Origin: Minisyncoccota bacterium
Lineage (GTDB): Bacteria > Patescibacteriota > Minisyncoccia > Phycocordibacterales > UBA918
Direction: 5' to 3'
Assembly (NCBI GenBank): GCA_040879435.1
Contig: JBBDKG010000012.1
Coordinates: 2,755 to 66,754, forward strand
Length of the DNA stretch: 64,000 bases
Numbering within the stretch: the first letter of the stretch is position 1; the number at the start of each line of letters is the position of its first letter. Position numbers and translations under genes: made by a program. The notes beneath the pieces are model-generated. The model was not told the origin of the DNA. It was given only the letters and a program-made list of their open reading frames with translations, and did not search any database. This document shows, one piece after another, positions 47,827-56,293 of the stretch.

Positions 47827-48487
47827 GCTCTGCTCGCCACGCTTCGATCTTCTTATGATCGCCTTCAACGAGGACCAACGGCACTTTATATTTCTTCTTT
47901 TTGTATTCCACCACCTCCGGCCGTGTATACATCTCCCCACTCGAAACACGCGCATCCTCAAGGGATTCTTTGGTTCCGAGCACTCCTTCTACATTTCGCG
48001 CAACCGCATCCAGTATGGTGAGCGCCGGTAGCTCGCCTCCCGTGAGCACGTAGTCACCGACCGAAACCTCTTCGGCTTTCAATATCTTCTTCACCCGTGC
48101 ATCGATCCCTTCGTATCGTCCGCTGATAAGGACGACATCTGAATACTGCTTCGCAAGTTTCTTCGCCATCGTCTGGTCGAACGTTTTCCCACGCGGCGAC
48201 ATAATGAGGGTCTTCACCTTCTTCTTCCGCCCGACCGCTTTCTCCCACGCTTTCAGTATTGGCTCAGCCTGCATCACCATACCTGGACCGCCACCATATG
48301 GCCGGTCGTCGACCTTGTTGTGTTTGTCTTTCGTAAAGTCGCGCGGGTTGTAGTATGCGACGGAGATTTTCTTGCCGCGTACTTTCGCACCCTTTCCTTT
48401 TTCGGTCTTTTGCGCACGACCAAGGACCGACGCGTCGGTGTACGCCTGACAGGCCTCCGGAAAAAGTGTGATGATGTGGAAGTTCAT
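47819..48487 (-). CDS. trmD: tRNA (guanine37-N1)-methyltransferase
   Basis: N-terminal MNFHIITLFPE and the SPOUT-fold TrmD pattern. Overlaps the NADAR gene by 4 nt. Confidence 0.85.
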   Translation of the reverse strand: MNFHIITLFPEACQAYTDASVLGRAQKTEKGKGAKVRGKKISVAYYNPRDFTKDKHNKVDDRPYGGGPGMVMQAEPILKAWEKAVGRKKKVKTLIMSPRGKTFDQTMAKKLAKQYSDVVLISGRYEGIDARVKKILKAEEVSVGDYVLTGGELPALTILDAVARNVEGVLGTKESLEDARVSSGEMYTRPEVVEYKKKKYKVPLVLVEGDHKKIEAWRAEQK

Positions 48488-48927
48488 GTATTAGGATTGA
48501 CCCTTAGGTCGTCACGTAATTTCATCCAAAGTTTCCCCATTTTGTTCTCACCGGTACCGTCCTCGCCCGTCCCCCAATAGTAGTCGGTCGGATACACCTT
48601 TAAGAGTTCGCGATCTCCACTCTCCAACAGAATCTCTCGTATATCTGGATGCTGTGCAAGCTTTGCACGAAAGATACGTTCCATCAAGACATCCTTATCA
48701 TGTGCCGGATCCAGCTTCCCTCCCTCTTTTAGCGTCTGTGCAATACGCCACGCTTCGAGCGGACTGCTCGTCTGCAGTATCTGCTCGCGGACCTCAGGAA
48801 CCATGCGCAACGCCTGATACGCATGTTCTGCGGTCTTGTATACAACACCGTCGATCTCCACCTCATGGGCAGAGAACGGTGAGAGATAATGCCACCGGTC
48901 CTCTACAAAGTTGATCGGTTCGCTCAT
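48484..48927 (-). CDS. NADAR-family (YbiA-like, DUF1768) protein
   Basis: YLSPFSAHEVEIDGVVYKTAEHAYQA ... LLESGDRELLKVYPTDYYWGTGEDGTGENKMGKLWMKLR matches the NADAR consensus (FSNF..TxEHxFQ...G.N.LG..LM.VR). Confidence 0.75.
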   Translation of the reverse strand: MSEPINFVEDRWHYLSPFSAHEVEIDGVVYKTAEHAYQALRMVPEVREQILQTSSPLEAWRIAQTLKEGGKLDPAHDKDVLMERIFRAKLAQHPDIREILLESGDRELLKVYPTDYYWGTGEDGTGENKMGKLWMKLRDDLRVNPNT

Positions 48928-48980
48928 ATCGCAATCCTAGCACAAAACAAAACCGCGGGTACTCCCGCGATTTTGATGTT

Positions 48981-49337
48981 CTAGATCTTCAGGTCATCAA
49001 TGGCTTGGTCGAGCGTTTTCGGTTCAGCTGGTGCCAGTGTATCACTATTCGGCTCCATTGCCGCTGCCATGTCGCGTGGAATACCTTTCCCGCCTTCCGG
49101 CTCATTGATCTTTAAGTTCACGCGTGCGTCGTGCTTCATGCCGACAACGCGAAGGAGTGTACGGATCGCTTTGGCGGTATTTCCCGAGCGGCCGATGATC
49201 TTACCCATATCTTCGGCGTGTACATCGAGTGTGAGGAGCACTCCCATTTCGTCCACCGTCCGATTCGTCTTTACTGCGTCAGGATTATCCACCAGGGCCT
49301 TTACAAGCGTTTCAAGAAACTGCTGATCTTCATGCAT
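48981..49337 (-). CDS. KH-domain RNA-binding protein (YlqC/UPF0109-like)
   Basis: KH_4 GxxG loop IIGRSGNTAKAIRTLL. Sits in the conserved position after rpsP. Confidence 0.75.
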   Translation of the reverse strand: MHEDQQFLETLVKALVDNPDAVKTNRTVDEMGVLLTLDVHAEDMGKIIGRSGNTAKAIRTLLRVVGMKHDARVNLKINEPEGGKGIPRDMAAAMEPNSDTLAPAEPKTLDQAIDDLKI

Positions 49338-49385
49338 ATCCTTTATGTTTATTTACTAGAAACTCCGAGGGAGCTCTGTATCTAA

Positions 49386-49414
49386 ATAGTACGAAAGTTG
49401 CACGAGTGCGTCAA
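49386..49414 (-). promoter_or_regulatory. sigma70 promoter TTGACG-17-TACTAT for the KH-NADAR-trmD unit
   Basis: On the minus strand: attgacgcactcgtgcaactttcgtactat. Followed by a roughly 46-nt leader with SD AAAGGA. Confidence 0.5.
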
Positions 49415-49460
49415 TAAAAAATGCGTGTATTCGTGGAAGCGAATACACGCGTTTTTCATT
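49411..49460 (-). terminator. strong intrinsic terminator between rpsP and the KH gene
   Basis: Perfect 11-bp stem gcgtgtattcg/cgaatacacgc with loop tggaag. T-tracts on both strands. Confidence 0.8.
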
Positions 49461-49469
49461 TTGTTTTCA

Positions 49470-49940
49470 CTACGAAGCCTTCTCTTCCTCTGCTGCAGGA
49501 GCTTCATCCGGTACCGGGGTTTCTTCAGCTTCGGGAGCTGGAGCTTCTTCTGCCGGTGCAGCTTCTTCTGGAGCGACCGCAGGAGTTTCCTCCACCACTT
49601 CCGCTTCCTTCGCCTCAACTACAGCGGCCGCTTCGGCCTTTGCCTTCTCCGCCTCCTCGTTCACGATCGGTGACTTTCGTGGCAGAACGTTCACTTTCTT
49701 GGCGTCGATGATCTTCTGTCCCACGAGAATGTTGTGGACGGTTGGTGATGGCTGTACGCCCTTTGAAAGCCAGTCCTTCGCGCGGTCAGCTTTGATCTCC
49801 ACGCGGTTGCTCTTCGGATCGTACGAACCGAGGTAGTCCACGTGCTTACCACTCTTCGGGCCGGTGCGGGAATCGGTAACGACCAACCGGTATGACGGGT
49901 CGTTCTTGCGGCCAACGCGCTGTAGTCTCATCTTTAACAT
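49470..49940 (-). CDS. rpsP: 30S ribosomal protein bS16 with an Ala/Glu/Pro-rich C-terminal tail
   Basis: MLKMRLQRVGRKNDPSYRLVVTDSR matches the bS16 N-terminus ([25 protein letters not shown]). The tail of about 70 aa is low-complexity. Confidence 0.9.
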   Translation of the reverse strand: MLKMRLQRVGRKNDPSYRLVVTDSRTGPKSGKHVDYLGSYDPKSNRVEIKADRAKDWLSKGVQPSPTVHNILVGQKIIDAKKVNVLPRKSPIVNEEAEKAKAEAAAVVEAKEAEVVEETPAVAPEEAAPAEEAPAPEAEETPVPDEAPAAEEEKAS

Positions 49941-49951
49941 AAGTGACCGCA

Positions 49952-49980
49952 AAGATACCAGAAAGACTCCTATCAGTCAA
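49952..49980 (-). promoter_or_regulatory. sigma70 promoter TTGACT-17-TATCTT for rpsP; near-leaderless
   Basis: On the minus strand: agattgactgataggagtctttctggtatctttgcggtcacttATG. The ATG is only 11 nt past the -10. Confidence 0.45.
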
Positions 49981-49987
49981 TCTGTCG

Positions 49988-50029
49988 AAGGGAAATGAAA
50001 TACCGCCGGACACTGGTGTGTCCGGCGGT
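49988..50029 (-). terminator. intrinsic terminator
   Basis: Perfect 11-bp stem accgccggaca/tgtccggcggt. The minus strand continues atttcatttccc. Confidence 0.65.
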
Positions 50030-50038
50030 TTACGCTCG

Positions 50039-50683
50039 CTAGGAAACCGCCCTCCACCGCAGAAACCATCCAAGGCTCTCAAGGAACGACGGGCGATGGG
50101 GGTTGTATACCACCTCCGGCATGTCTGGATCATGTACGACCTCGACAGGGAGTGCCGGCAGCATGCATGCTTCCTTCATCGTGTCGAAGACTGACTCGGA
50201 CATGAAGATCGGCAGCTCCGCGTCGCGGCTCCGGAGGCGACGTGCCGCCCCTTCCGCAGAATCATCGGTACCCCATGACCAGTAGCCGCGGGTATGTGTA
50301 CAGACACTCCATTCCCGGAAATCCTTCTCCGGCTCATGTACAAATATCCCTATCCGTTTCCGAGTCTTCCCCACACGCACATCGCAGGTAGAAAGGTCGA
50401 AGATCGGACCAGAGATAACTGATTCAATGCGTCGGAAATCTCCTTCGCCAAGGATCAGTTGGTCATCCGGTTCGTAGTTGAACCGCATGAGAAAATCGAC
50501 GAGTTCCTGTCCTGGGAAGCAGTGATACCAGTATGTTGGCATCACACTGGGACCATCCAATTCCACACCCCTGGTGGACTTGAAGCCGCACGCGAACCGG
50601 TTCGGATCATCAGTCGGTCTGATGGACAGTGTGATCCGGTTGTGCCCGTCAGGCACGACCGTAAGGGTTTTTGGTAAACGCAT
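50039..50683 (-). CDS. hypothetical protein (about 214 aa)
   Basis: Start placed at MRLPKTL, 5 nt after GGAGGAG. No recognisable family. Divergent from rnr. Confidence 0.5.
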   Translation of the reverse strand: MRLPKTLTVVPDGHNRITLSIRPTDDPNRFACGFKSTRGVELDGPSVMPTYWYHCFPGQELVDFLMRFNYEPDDQLILGEGDFRRIESVISGPIFDLSTCDVRVGKTRKRIGIFVHEPEKDFREWSVCTHTRGYWSWGTDDSAEGAARRLRSRDAELPIFMSESVFDTMKEACMLPALPVEVVHDPDMPEVVYNPHRPSFLESLGWFLRWRAVS

Positions 50684-50772
50684 AGTCTCCTCCATCAACA
50701 AAAGCTCATTTTCTAAGTCGCAAAGTACTATGGCATTTCATGTTAGTCAATGTTAGGATGACCCAACTTATT

Positions 50773-52701
50773 ATGGCAGAAAAAACATCATACGAAGGCG
50801 TTATTCAAATTCGCGGCAAGGGCACCGGGTTCGTAGCGCTCGAAGACTTTCTTGAGGATATCGTTATCCCTCGTGACGACCTGGGATTTGCCCTGAACGG
50901 GGACATCGTTGAGATCGAACTCAAAGCACCTAAAGAAGGTGAACGACGTGAGGGCCGTGTTCTGCGCGTCATTGAAGGGACACACTCAGAGATCATCGGC
51001 ACCGTCCGCAACAACGGTCGTGGACTGGAACTCACACCGGACAATACCCGTATCCATATCCGTCCTGAGCTCCCCGATGCGACCGCAGCTGACGTCGGTA
51101 TGAAGGTCGCTGTCACACTCAACGAGTGGACCGACCCGAAAGCACAACCGACCGCCACAATCGTTGAGGTACTCGGAAAGGCCGGCGACCATGAGACCGA
51201 AATGCAGGCGATCATTCGTGGTGGCGGATTCTCAGAAAACTTTCCACCTGAGGTCGCCGAAGCGGCACAGGAACTATACAAACAAAAGGATCAGATATTC
51301 GCTGATGCGGTGGCGGACCCGAAGCGCCGCGATATGCGTGACGTGCCGACCATGACCATTGACCCGGCTGATGCGAAAGACTTCGACGATGCACTCTCCT
51401 TCCGCCCGCTTCAAAACGGTACGTACGAGATCGGCATCCATATCGCCGACGTTTCCCACTACGTCCGCGAAGGCGACATCATCGACATGGAAGCGCGGGA
51501 ACGCGGTACCTCGATCTACCTCGTCGACCGCGTCATCCCGATGCTTCCCGAGGTACTCAGCAATGACCTCTGTTCCCTGCGCCCGAACGAGGACCGTCTC
51601 GCCTTCTCCGCCGTCTTCACTATTAACGCTGACGCAGCTGTGGTAGACGAGTGGTACGGCCAGACCATCATTCACTCAGACAAGCGCTTTTCATACGAAG
51701 AGGCGCAGGATGTGCTTGATACCAAGAACGGCCCGCACCTCACTGAGCTCTCCACACTCATGGAACTAGGGCGCAAGCTTCGGACACGACGATACAAGAG
51801 CGGTGCGATCGCCTTCGAACAACCGGAGGTGAAGTTCGAACTCGATGAACATGGTACGCCGATCCGTGCATACACGAAGGTACGGACCGAAACGATGCTC
51901 ATGATCGAGGATTTCATGCTACTCGCAAACCAGCAGGTCGCGACGCATATCCACGAGCTCTGCAAGTCCGCCGGCCGGGATACGGCATTCATCTACCGTA
52001 TCCACGACGTACCGAATCCGGACAAGATCGAGGAACTGGCAACATTCCTCCACGCCCTCGGGTACGAGTTTGAGACCAACAAAGGTATGGTGAACGCCAA
52101 GAACATCAATAAGCTTTTGAAGGAGGTCGAAGGGAAGCCTGAGGAGAGCCTCATTAAGGTCGCTACCATCCGATCGATGGCAAAGGCAGTGTATTCCACA
52201 AAGAATATCGGTCACTTCGGGCTCGCCTTCAAGTTCTATACACACTTCACCTCACCGATCCGTCGGTATCCGGACCTCATAGCGCACCGTATGTTGCGGC
52301 GTCACCTCGACGGCTCAATGATCGGCGGAAAAGAGATGGCGAAGTTCGAGAAGATCTCGATCCAATCCTCAGAGCGTGAAGCGGAAGCGGTCCGCGCGGA
52401 ACGTGACAGTATCAAATACAAGCAAGTGGAATTCATGCAGGATAAGGTCGGGCAGACATTTGATGGTGTGGTGACGGGTGTTACCGATTGGGGTATCTAT
52501 GTGGAGGAGAAGAACTCGAAGGCGGAAGGCATGATCCGTCTTGCAAGCATCCGCGGCGACTACTTCACACACGAAGCAAGCAAGTACCGCATCAAGGGCG
52601 ACCGGACTGGCACCACCTACTCACTCGGTGACGAAGTGCGGATCAAACTCGTCCGTGCGAACCTCGAGGAGCGACAGCTTGATTTTGAACTGGTGAAATA
52701 G
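50773..52701 (+). CDS. rnr: ribonuclease R (RNase II family exoribonuclease)
   Basis: RNB catalytic motif DPADAKDFDDALSF. N-terminal cold-shock-like domains and a C-terminal S1 domain. Start placed at MAEKTSYEGV, which has AGGA upstream. Confidence 0.85.
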   Translation: MAEKTSYEGVIQIRGKGTGFVALEDFLEDIVIPRDDLGFALNGDIVEIELKAPKEGERREGRVLRVIEGTHSEIIGTVRNNGRGLELTPDNTRIHIRPELPDATAADVGMKVAVTLNEWTDPKAQPTATIVEVLGKAGDHETEMQAIIRGGGFSENFPPEVAEAAQELYKQKDQIFADAVADPKRRDMRDVPTMTIDPADAKDFDDALSFRPLQNGTYEIGIHIADVSHYVREGDIIDMEARERGTSIYLVDRVIPMLPEVLSNDLCSLRPNEDRLAFSAVFTINADAAVVDEWYGQTIIHSDKRFSYEEAQDVLDTKNGPHLTELSTLMELGRKLRTRRYKSGAIAFEQPEVKFELDEHGTPIRAYTKVRTETMLMIEDFMLLANQQVATHIHELCKSAGRDTAFIYRIHDVPNPDKIEELATFLHALGYEFETNKGMVNAKNINKLLKEVEGKPEESLIKVATIRSMAKAVYSTKNIGHFGLAFKFYTHFTSPIRRYPDLIAHRMLRRHLDGSMIGGKEMAKFEKISIQSSEREAEAVRAERDSIKYKQVEFMQDKVGQTFDGVVTGVTDWGIYVEEKNSKAEGMIRLASIRGDYFTHEASKYRIKGDRTGTTYSLGDEVRIKLVRANLEERQLDFELVK

Positions 52702-52702
52702 A

Positions 52703-52733
52703 AAAAGGCCGGTGCATGCACCAGCCTTTTCTG
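52703..52733. terminator. bidirectional intrinsic terminator
   Basis: Stem aaaggccggtg/caccagccttt with one mismatch. T-tracts on both strands. Confidence 0.55.
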
Positions 52734-52748
52734 GTCATGCACCGGCCG

Positions 52749-52910
52749 TTACCGAAGCTTGCTGAGTTTCTCCGCGAGACGTGCTCGCCTACCGCGGGCT
52801 TTCTTGTTCAGGCGCTCGCGGTCTGCGATCGCCTCATCGATCAACCGGATCTCCTCCTCGAGTTTCAGCGCCTTCGGGTCGGGTGGAGGTGCCGCTGACG
52901 ATGTGGCCAT
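52749..52910 (-). CDS. small basic coiled-coil protein (53 aa), hypothetical
   Basis: MATSSAAPPPDPKALKLEEEIRLIDEAIADRERLNKKARGRRARLAEKLSKLR. SD-like GGCGGAAG upstream. A terminator lies downstream. The promoter-like motif is 33 nt upstream of the ATG. Confidence 0.4.
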   Translation of the reverse strand: MATSSAAPPPDPKALKLEEEIRLIDEAIADRERLNKKARGRRARLAEKLSKLR

Positions 52911-52943
52911 CGACGTCTTCCGCCTGCCTCTGCGATTCGGGCG

Positions 52944-52958
52944 TGCATAATAGCCACC
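52944..52958 (-). promoter_or_regulatory. extended -10-like element GGTGGCTATTATGCA (minus strand), 33 nt upstream of the small ORF
   Basis: Near-identical to the plus-strand element at 53121-53135. Confidence 0.4.
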
Positions 52959-53120
52959 AATGAAATCCCGTCTGTCCGCCCACCGGTTCCGCACCGGCTT
53001 TTCGTTTCTATGCTGCAAGTGTACTCTCCGTTTAGCTAGAACCAGACCCCTCTGGGCCAGATATGATATACCACTATATTTGGTTGTAGTCAATGCTGCC
53101 CAGTAACCATTTTCTTTATC

Positions 53121-53135
53121 TGGTGGTATTATGCA
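53121..53135 (+). promoter_or_regulatory. extended -10-like element TGGTGGTATTATGCA, 33 nt upstream of the 53169 ORF
   Basis: TGnTATTAT extended -10 with an SD AAGGAG downstream. A mirror copy lies at 52944-52958. Confidence 0.4.
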
Positions 53136-53168
53136 AATAGGAACAATGGCAACGAAAGGAGTCGTGCC

Positions 53169-53450
53169 ATGCGACGGGAACTACTTGTTCTTTTGACCAC
53201 TGATCCGCCTCGTCTTGTTGAGCGTTCGATCGAACTGCAGCGTGTGCTTCACACACTTGTAGGCGACGGTCTCGCAATCAACTACCAGCGCGGAAGCTTC
53301 GCTCAATTCATCGTTCCTTCCCTCCTCTGCGCAGAGCATTTCCAACAGCTTCTCGTAGACAAGGGCCAGAACGATGTAGAAGTGAGCAACTCCGAATCAG
53401 AAATACAAACAGCGGAGAACTGTCATGATTGCCACCTACAAATGGCATGA
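53169..53450 (+). CDS. hypothetical protein (93 aa)
   Basis: SD AAGGAG 8 nt upstream. No recognisable motif. Confidence 0.45.
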   Translation: MRRELLVLLTTDPPRLVERSIELQRVLHTLVGDGLAINYQRGSFAQFIVPSLLCAEHFQQLLVDKGQNDVEVSNSESEIQTAENCHDCHLQMA

Positions 53451-53514
53451 GGACAAAGGGCCTGGGAACACGACACACGCTGATGCATGTGAGCGCCTCA
53501 GGCCTTTTCTCGTC

Positions 53515-55773
53515 CTACTTCGCCACCGCCTCAGCGTCCTCAAGCTTCACCGACAGCAACTTGCTCACCCCATCCCCCGCCATCGTGACGCCGTAGAGTA
53601 CACCTGCGCGACGCATGGTCTCCCTGTTGTGCGTGATCAAGATGAGCTGCGAGCGTTCGGCGAGCGCTTCGATCATATCGCCATAACGTCGACTGTTCGC
53701 CTCATCGAGCGCTGCATCGGTCTCGTCGAGAATCACAAAGAGCGGCGGATTCACCTGACTCATTGCAAAGATAAGTGCGATGGAGGTGAGTGCGCGCTCA
53801 CCGCCTGAGAGCATCTCAAGTCCCCGCACGCGCTTGTTCGGCAACTTCACATCGAGTTCGATGCCCTCCGCTTCTTCCGTCTCCTCCTCAACCTCTTCTT
53901 CCTCAAGATCTTCTTCACTCTTCTTCCGCACTTTCGGCTTCACCCGCAACAGCTTCGCCTCTCCTCCGCCGAACATAAGTGCGAAGAACCGATTGAACTC
54001 TGCATTGATCTTCTCAATGCCGCTTATGAACTGCGTATCGAGTTCACGTGTGAGTTCGGCGATCATATCGGTCAGTTTCTGGACTGACACCTCAAGATCA
54101 GCAACCTCACGGACCAGAAACTCATCCCGCTCCTTCACCTCACGGTACTCCTTTTCAATATCATCATTCGCGCCACCCAATTCCTCAAGGCGGATCTTCA
54201 GTTTCTCCAGTTCGCGTCGACGGTTCTGCTGCCTTGTTCGTTCCTCCGCCACGATCGTCCCGTTCGTCACCGGCAAACCATTCTCCTTGATATCCGTCTT
54301 CTGATACTCCGTTGCAGCACGTCCAATGAGCGCGACCGCTTCGGTGAGCTCACGCTTGAATTCCTCACGATCGCGTGTGAGGGCAGCAAGCTCCTGGTCG
54401 ATCCGAGCGAGCTCCCCTTCACACTCCCGTTCCTCGTTCACGATCCGGAACATCTCGCGCTCCGCCTCCCTGCTTTCGCTTGCTTCCGCTTCTATCTCCG
54501 TACGTATCCTGTCGTATGTGTGCTGCAATGCTGCCTCTTTTTTGGTGAGTTCGCTGATCTCAGTATCTAGTGACGCCTTCTGTTCCCGCAGCTCTGACAA
54601 CTCCTGTTCTTCGGTCGCAGTGACCGGATCCCCACGTTCCTCACTCTTCACCAAGAACGCCTTGAAGGTATGTATGATGTCGGTGAGGGCACGACGAAGT
54701 CGTGCAACGTTATCGTCCCGCACCGCCTGTTCGACCGCACGCTCGATCTCGTCAGCGAGTGCGGCGACCGACGCATACGCGACCGTCTCCGGTTTCGCCC
54801 GATTCATGCGCTCCGTTGCCGCTTGCACCCGCCGTTCAAGAAAAGCGACCTGTCCCTCAAGCTGGCCAAGTGCCCGTACCCGCTCCTGGTGCGTCGCACG
54901 CGCCTCTGAAAGTTCTGCCTCCGCAGCGACCAGCGCATCCCGCTTCACATCCTTCTCGGCTTCCTGCAGCTTCTGTTTGGCGGCTCTGTGTGCGTCTTTT
55001 AACTCAGTGAGACGAGCCGCCGGCTCACGTCGTGCCTCGGTGAGTCGGTCGTGGTGATACGCGAGATAGATATCCTCGCGCTTCAGGTATGTGGCGTACG
55101 CTGCGGTCAATTCCTCCTTGACCGCTGCCGCTCGCTCGATCTTCTTGATCTGTCGTTCGAGAAACTTCAGGTGCGGGGCCACTTCCCGTCTGAGCGATGC
55201 GACCCGCTCAATGTTCTCGCGCGTCTTTTGCAGTTTCCGCTCTGCTTCGGACTTTTTGAACTGATATACCTTGAGACCAAGAGCATCCTCGATCATCTCA
55301 CGTCGCTCTTTCGGATTCGAGAGCAGGATACGATCTGCTTCGCCCTGGGAAATGATGTGGTGGCCGGATGGGCCGATGTTGGCGGCTGCGAGTAGCTCCT
55401 GTATATCTTTGAGCCGCACACGTGACCCGTTCACCACATACTCGTTCTGGCCGTCGCGGTGCACTACGCGCTCCACGATCACCTCATCAAAATCGACCGG
55501 AAACACACGCTTCTCATTGTTCAGTGTCAGTGTCACTGATGCACGATTCGCGCGCGCAATATGATCTGTCCCGCCCCAGATGAGATCCTCACCGCGCTTC
55601 CCGCGCATGCGCGACGGTGACTGCTCACCAAGAACGAACCGAAATGACTCCGCAACATTGCTTTTCCCAGACCCGTTCGGACCAACGATTGCTGTTATGG
55701 GTGCGGAAAATTCCAGTTCGCCTTTCTTTGCGAACGATTTGAATCCGGAGATTGTAAGTTGCTTCAGGTACAT
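53515..55773 (-). CDS. smc: SMC-family chromosome condensation ATPase lacking a recognisable hinge domain (752 aa)
   Basis: N-terminus MYLKQLTISGFKSFAKK...IVGPNGSGKSNVAESFRFVLGEQS and C-terminus LSGGERALTSIALIFAMSQVNPPLFVILDETDAALDEANSRRYG...VLYGVTM almost match B. subtilis SMC head segments. The middle is uninterrupted coiled coil with no GxxGxxxDL-type hinge. Confidence 0.8.
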   Translation of the reverse strand: MYLKQLTISGFKSFAKKGELEFSAPITAIVGPNGSGKSNVAESFRFVLGEQSPSRMRGKRGEDLIWGGTDHIARANRASVTLTLNNEKRVFPVDFDEVIVERVVHRDGQNEYVVNGSRVRLKDIQELLAAANIGPSGHHIISQGEADRILLSNPKERREMIEDALGLKVYQFKKSEAERKLQKTRENIERVASLRREVAPHLKFLERQIKKIERAAAVKEELTAAYATYLKREDIYLAYHHDRLTEARREPAARLTELKDAHRAAKQKLQEAEKDVKRDALVAAEAELSEARATHQERVRALGQLEGQVAFLERRVQAATERMNRAKPETVAYASVAALADEIERAVEQAVRDDNVARLRRALTDIIHTFKAFLVKSEERGDPVTATEEQELSELREQKASLDTEISELTKKEAALQHTYDRIRTEIEAEASESREAEREMFRIVNEERECEGELARIDQELAALTRDREEFKRELTEAVALIGRAATEYQKTDIKENGLPVTNGTIVAEERTRQQNRRRELEKLKIRLEELGGANDDIEKEYREVKERDEFLVREVADLEVSVQKLTDMIAELTRELDTQFISGIEKINAEFNRFFALMFGGGEAKLLRVKPKVRKKSEEDLEEEEVEEETEEAEGIELDVKLPNKRVRGLEMLSGGERALTSIALIFAMSQVNPPLFVILDETDAALDEANSRRYGDMIEALAERSQLILITHNRETMRRAGVLYGVTMAGDGVSKLLSVKLEDAEAVAK

Positions 55774-55775
55774 GT

Positions 55776-56228
55776 CTAGTTCACCACAGCGCCGAACCGC
55801 ACTTCATCCTCACCACAGAGCGCGTCCCAGTTGGCATCATTCTCCCGCTCAAGGGTCGCATACACCACTATCCTGTCAGCTCCGTTGCAGCTGTAGCTGC
55901 TGTCGTATACATAGCGATAGGTACTGTCGCCGGGCCCGTTTGGATCATGCGGCACGGAAACGAACGATTCCAAGGCAGTATCGATCGCCTCACCCTCACC
56001 AAAAACCGTGCCGCTCGGGTAGCTCGGGAATGCATCATTTTGCTCCGCATAGAGCCGCAAGGCGATGGCCAACTGGCCGATGTCCGAAATGCGCGCGGCA
56101 TCACGACCATTCTCCCGCGCACCGCCCAACAGCGGTACAATGACAGCGACCAGAAGCCCAATGATCGCGATCACCACGAGCAGCTCGACAAGCGTGAAGC
56201 CTGACGATGTTCGGAATCGTTCATTCAT
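55776..56228 (-). CDS. type IV pilin / pseudopilin with prepilin N-methylation motif
   Basis: Leader MNERFRTSSG followed by FTLVELLVVIAIIGLLVAVI (Glu at +5). C-terminal Cys pair SYSCNG...ALCGED. Ends 3 nt upstream of smc. Confidence 0.8.
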   Translation of the reverse strand: MNERFRTSSGFTLVELLVVIAIIGLLVAVIVPLLGGARENGRDAARISDIGQLAIALRLYAEQNDAFPSYPSGTVFGEGEAIDTALESFVSVPHDPNGPGDSTYRYVYDSSYSCNGADRIVVYATLERENDANWDALCGEDEVRFGAVVN

Positions 56229-56293
56229 GGTGCCATAATAGCATCAAACACCCGCGTACAGAGAGCGTACGCGGGTGTATTGTGGGTTTGGTG

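Noticed and set aside
53780-55057. Ser-rich 174-aa and 243-aa plus-strand ORFs opposite the SMC-like gene
   Set aside because: Low-complexity antisense translations of the coiled-coil-coding region.
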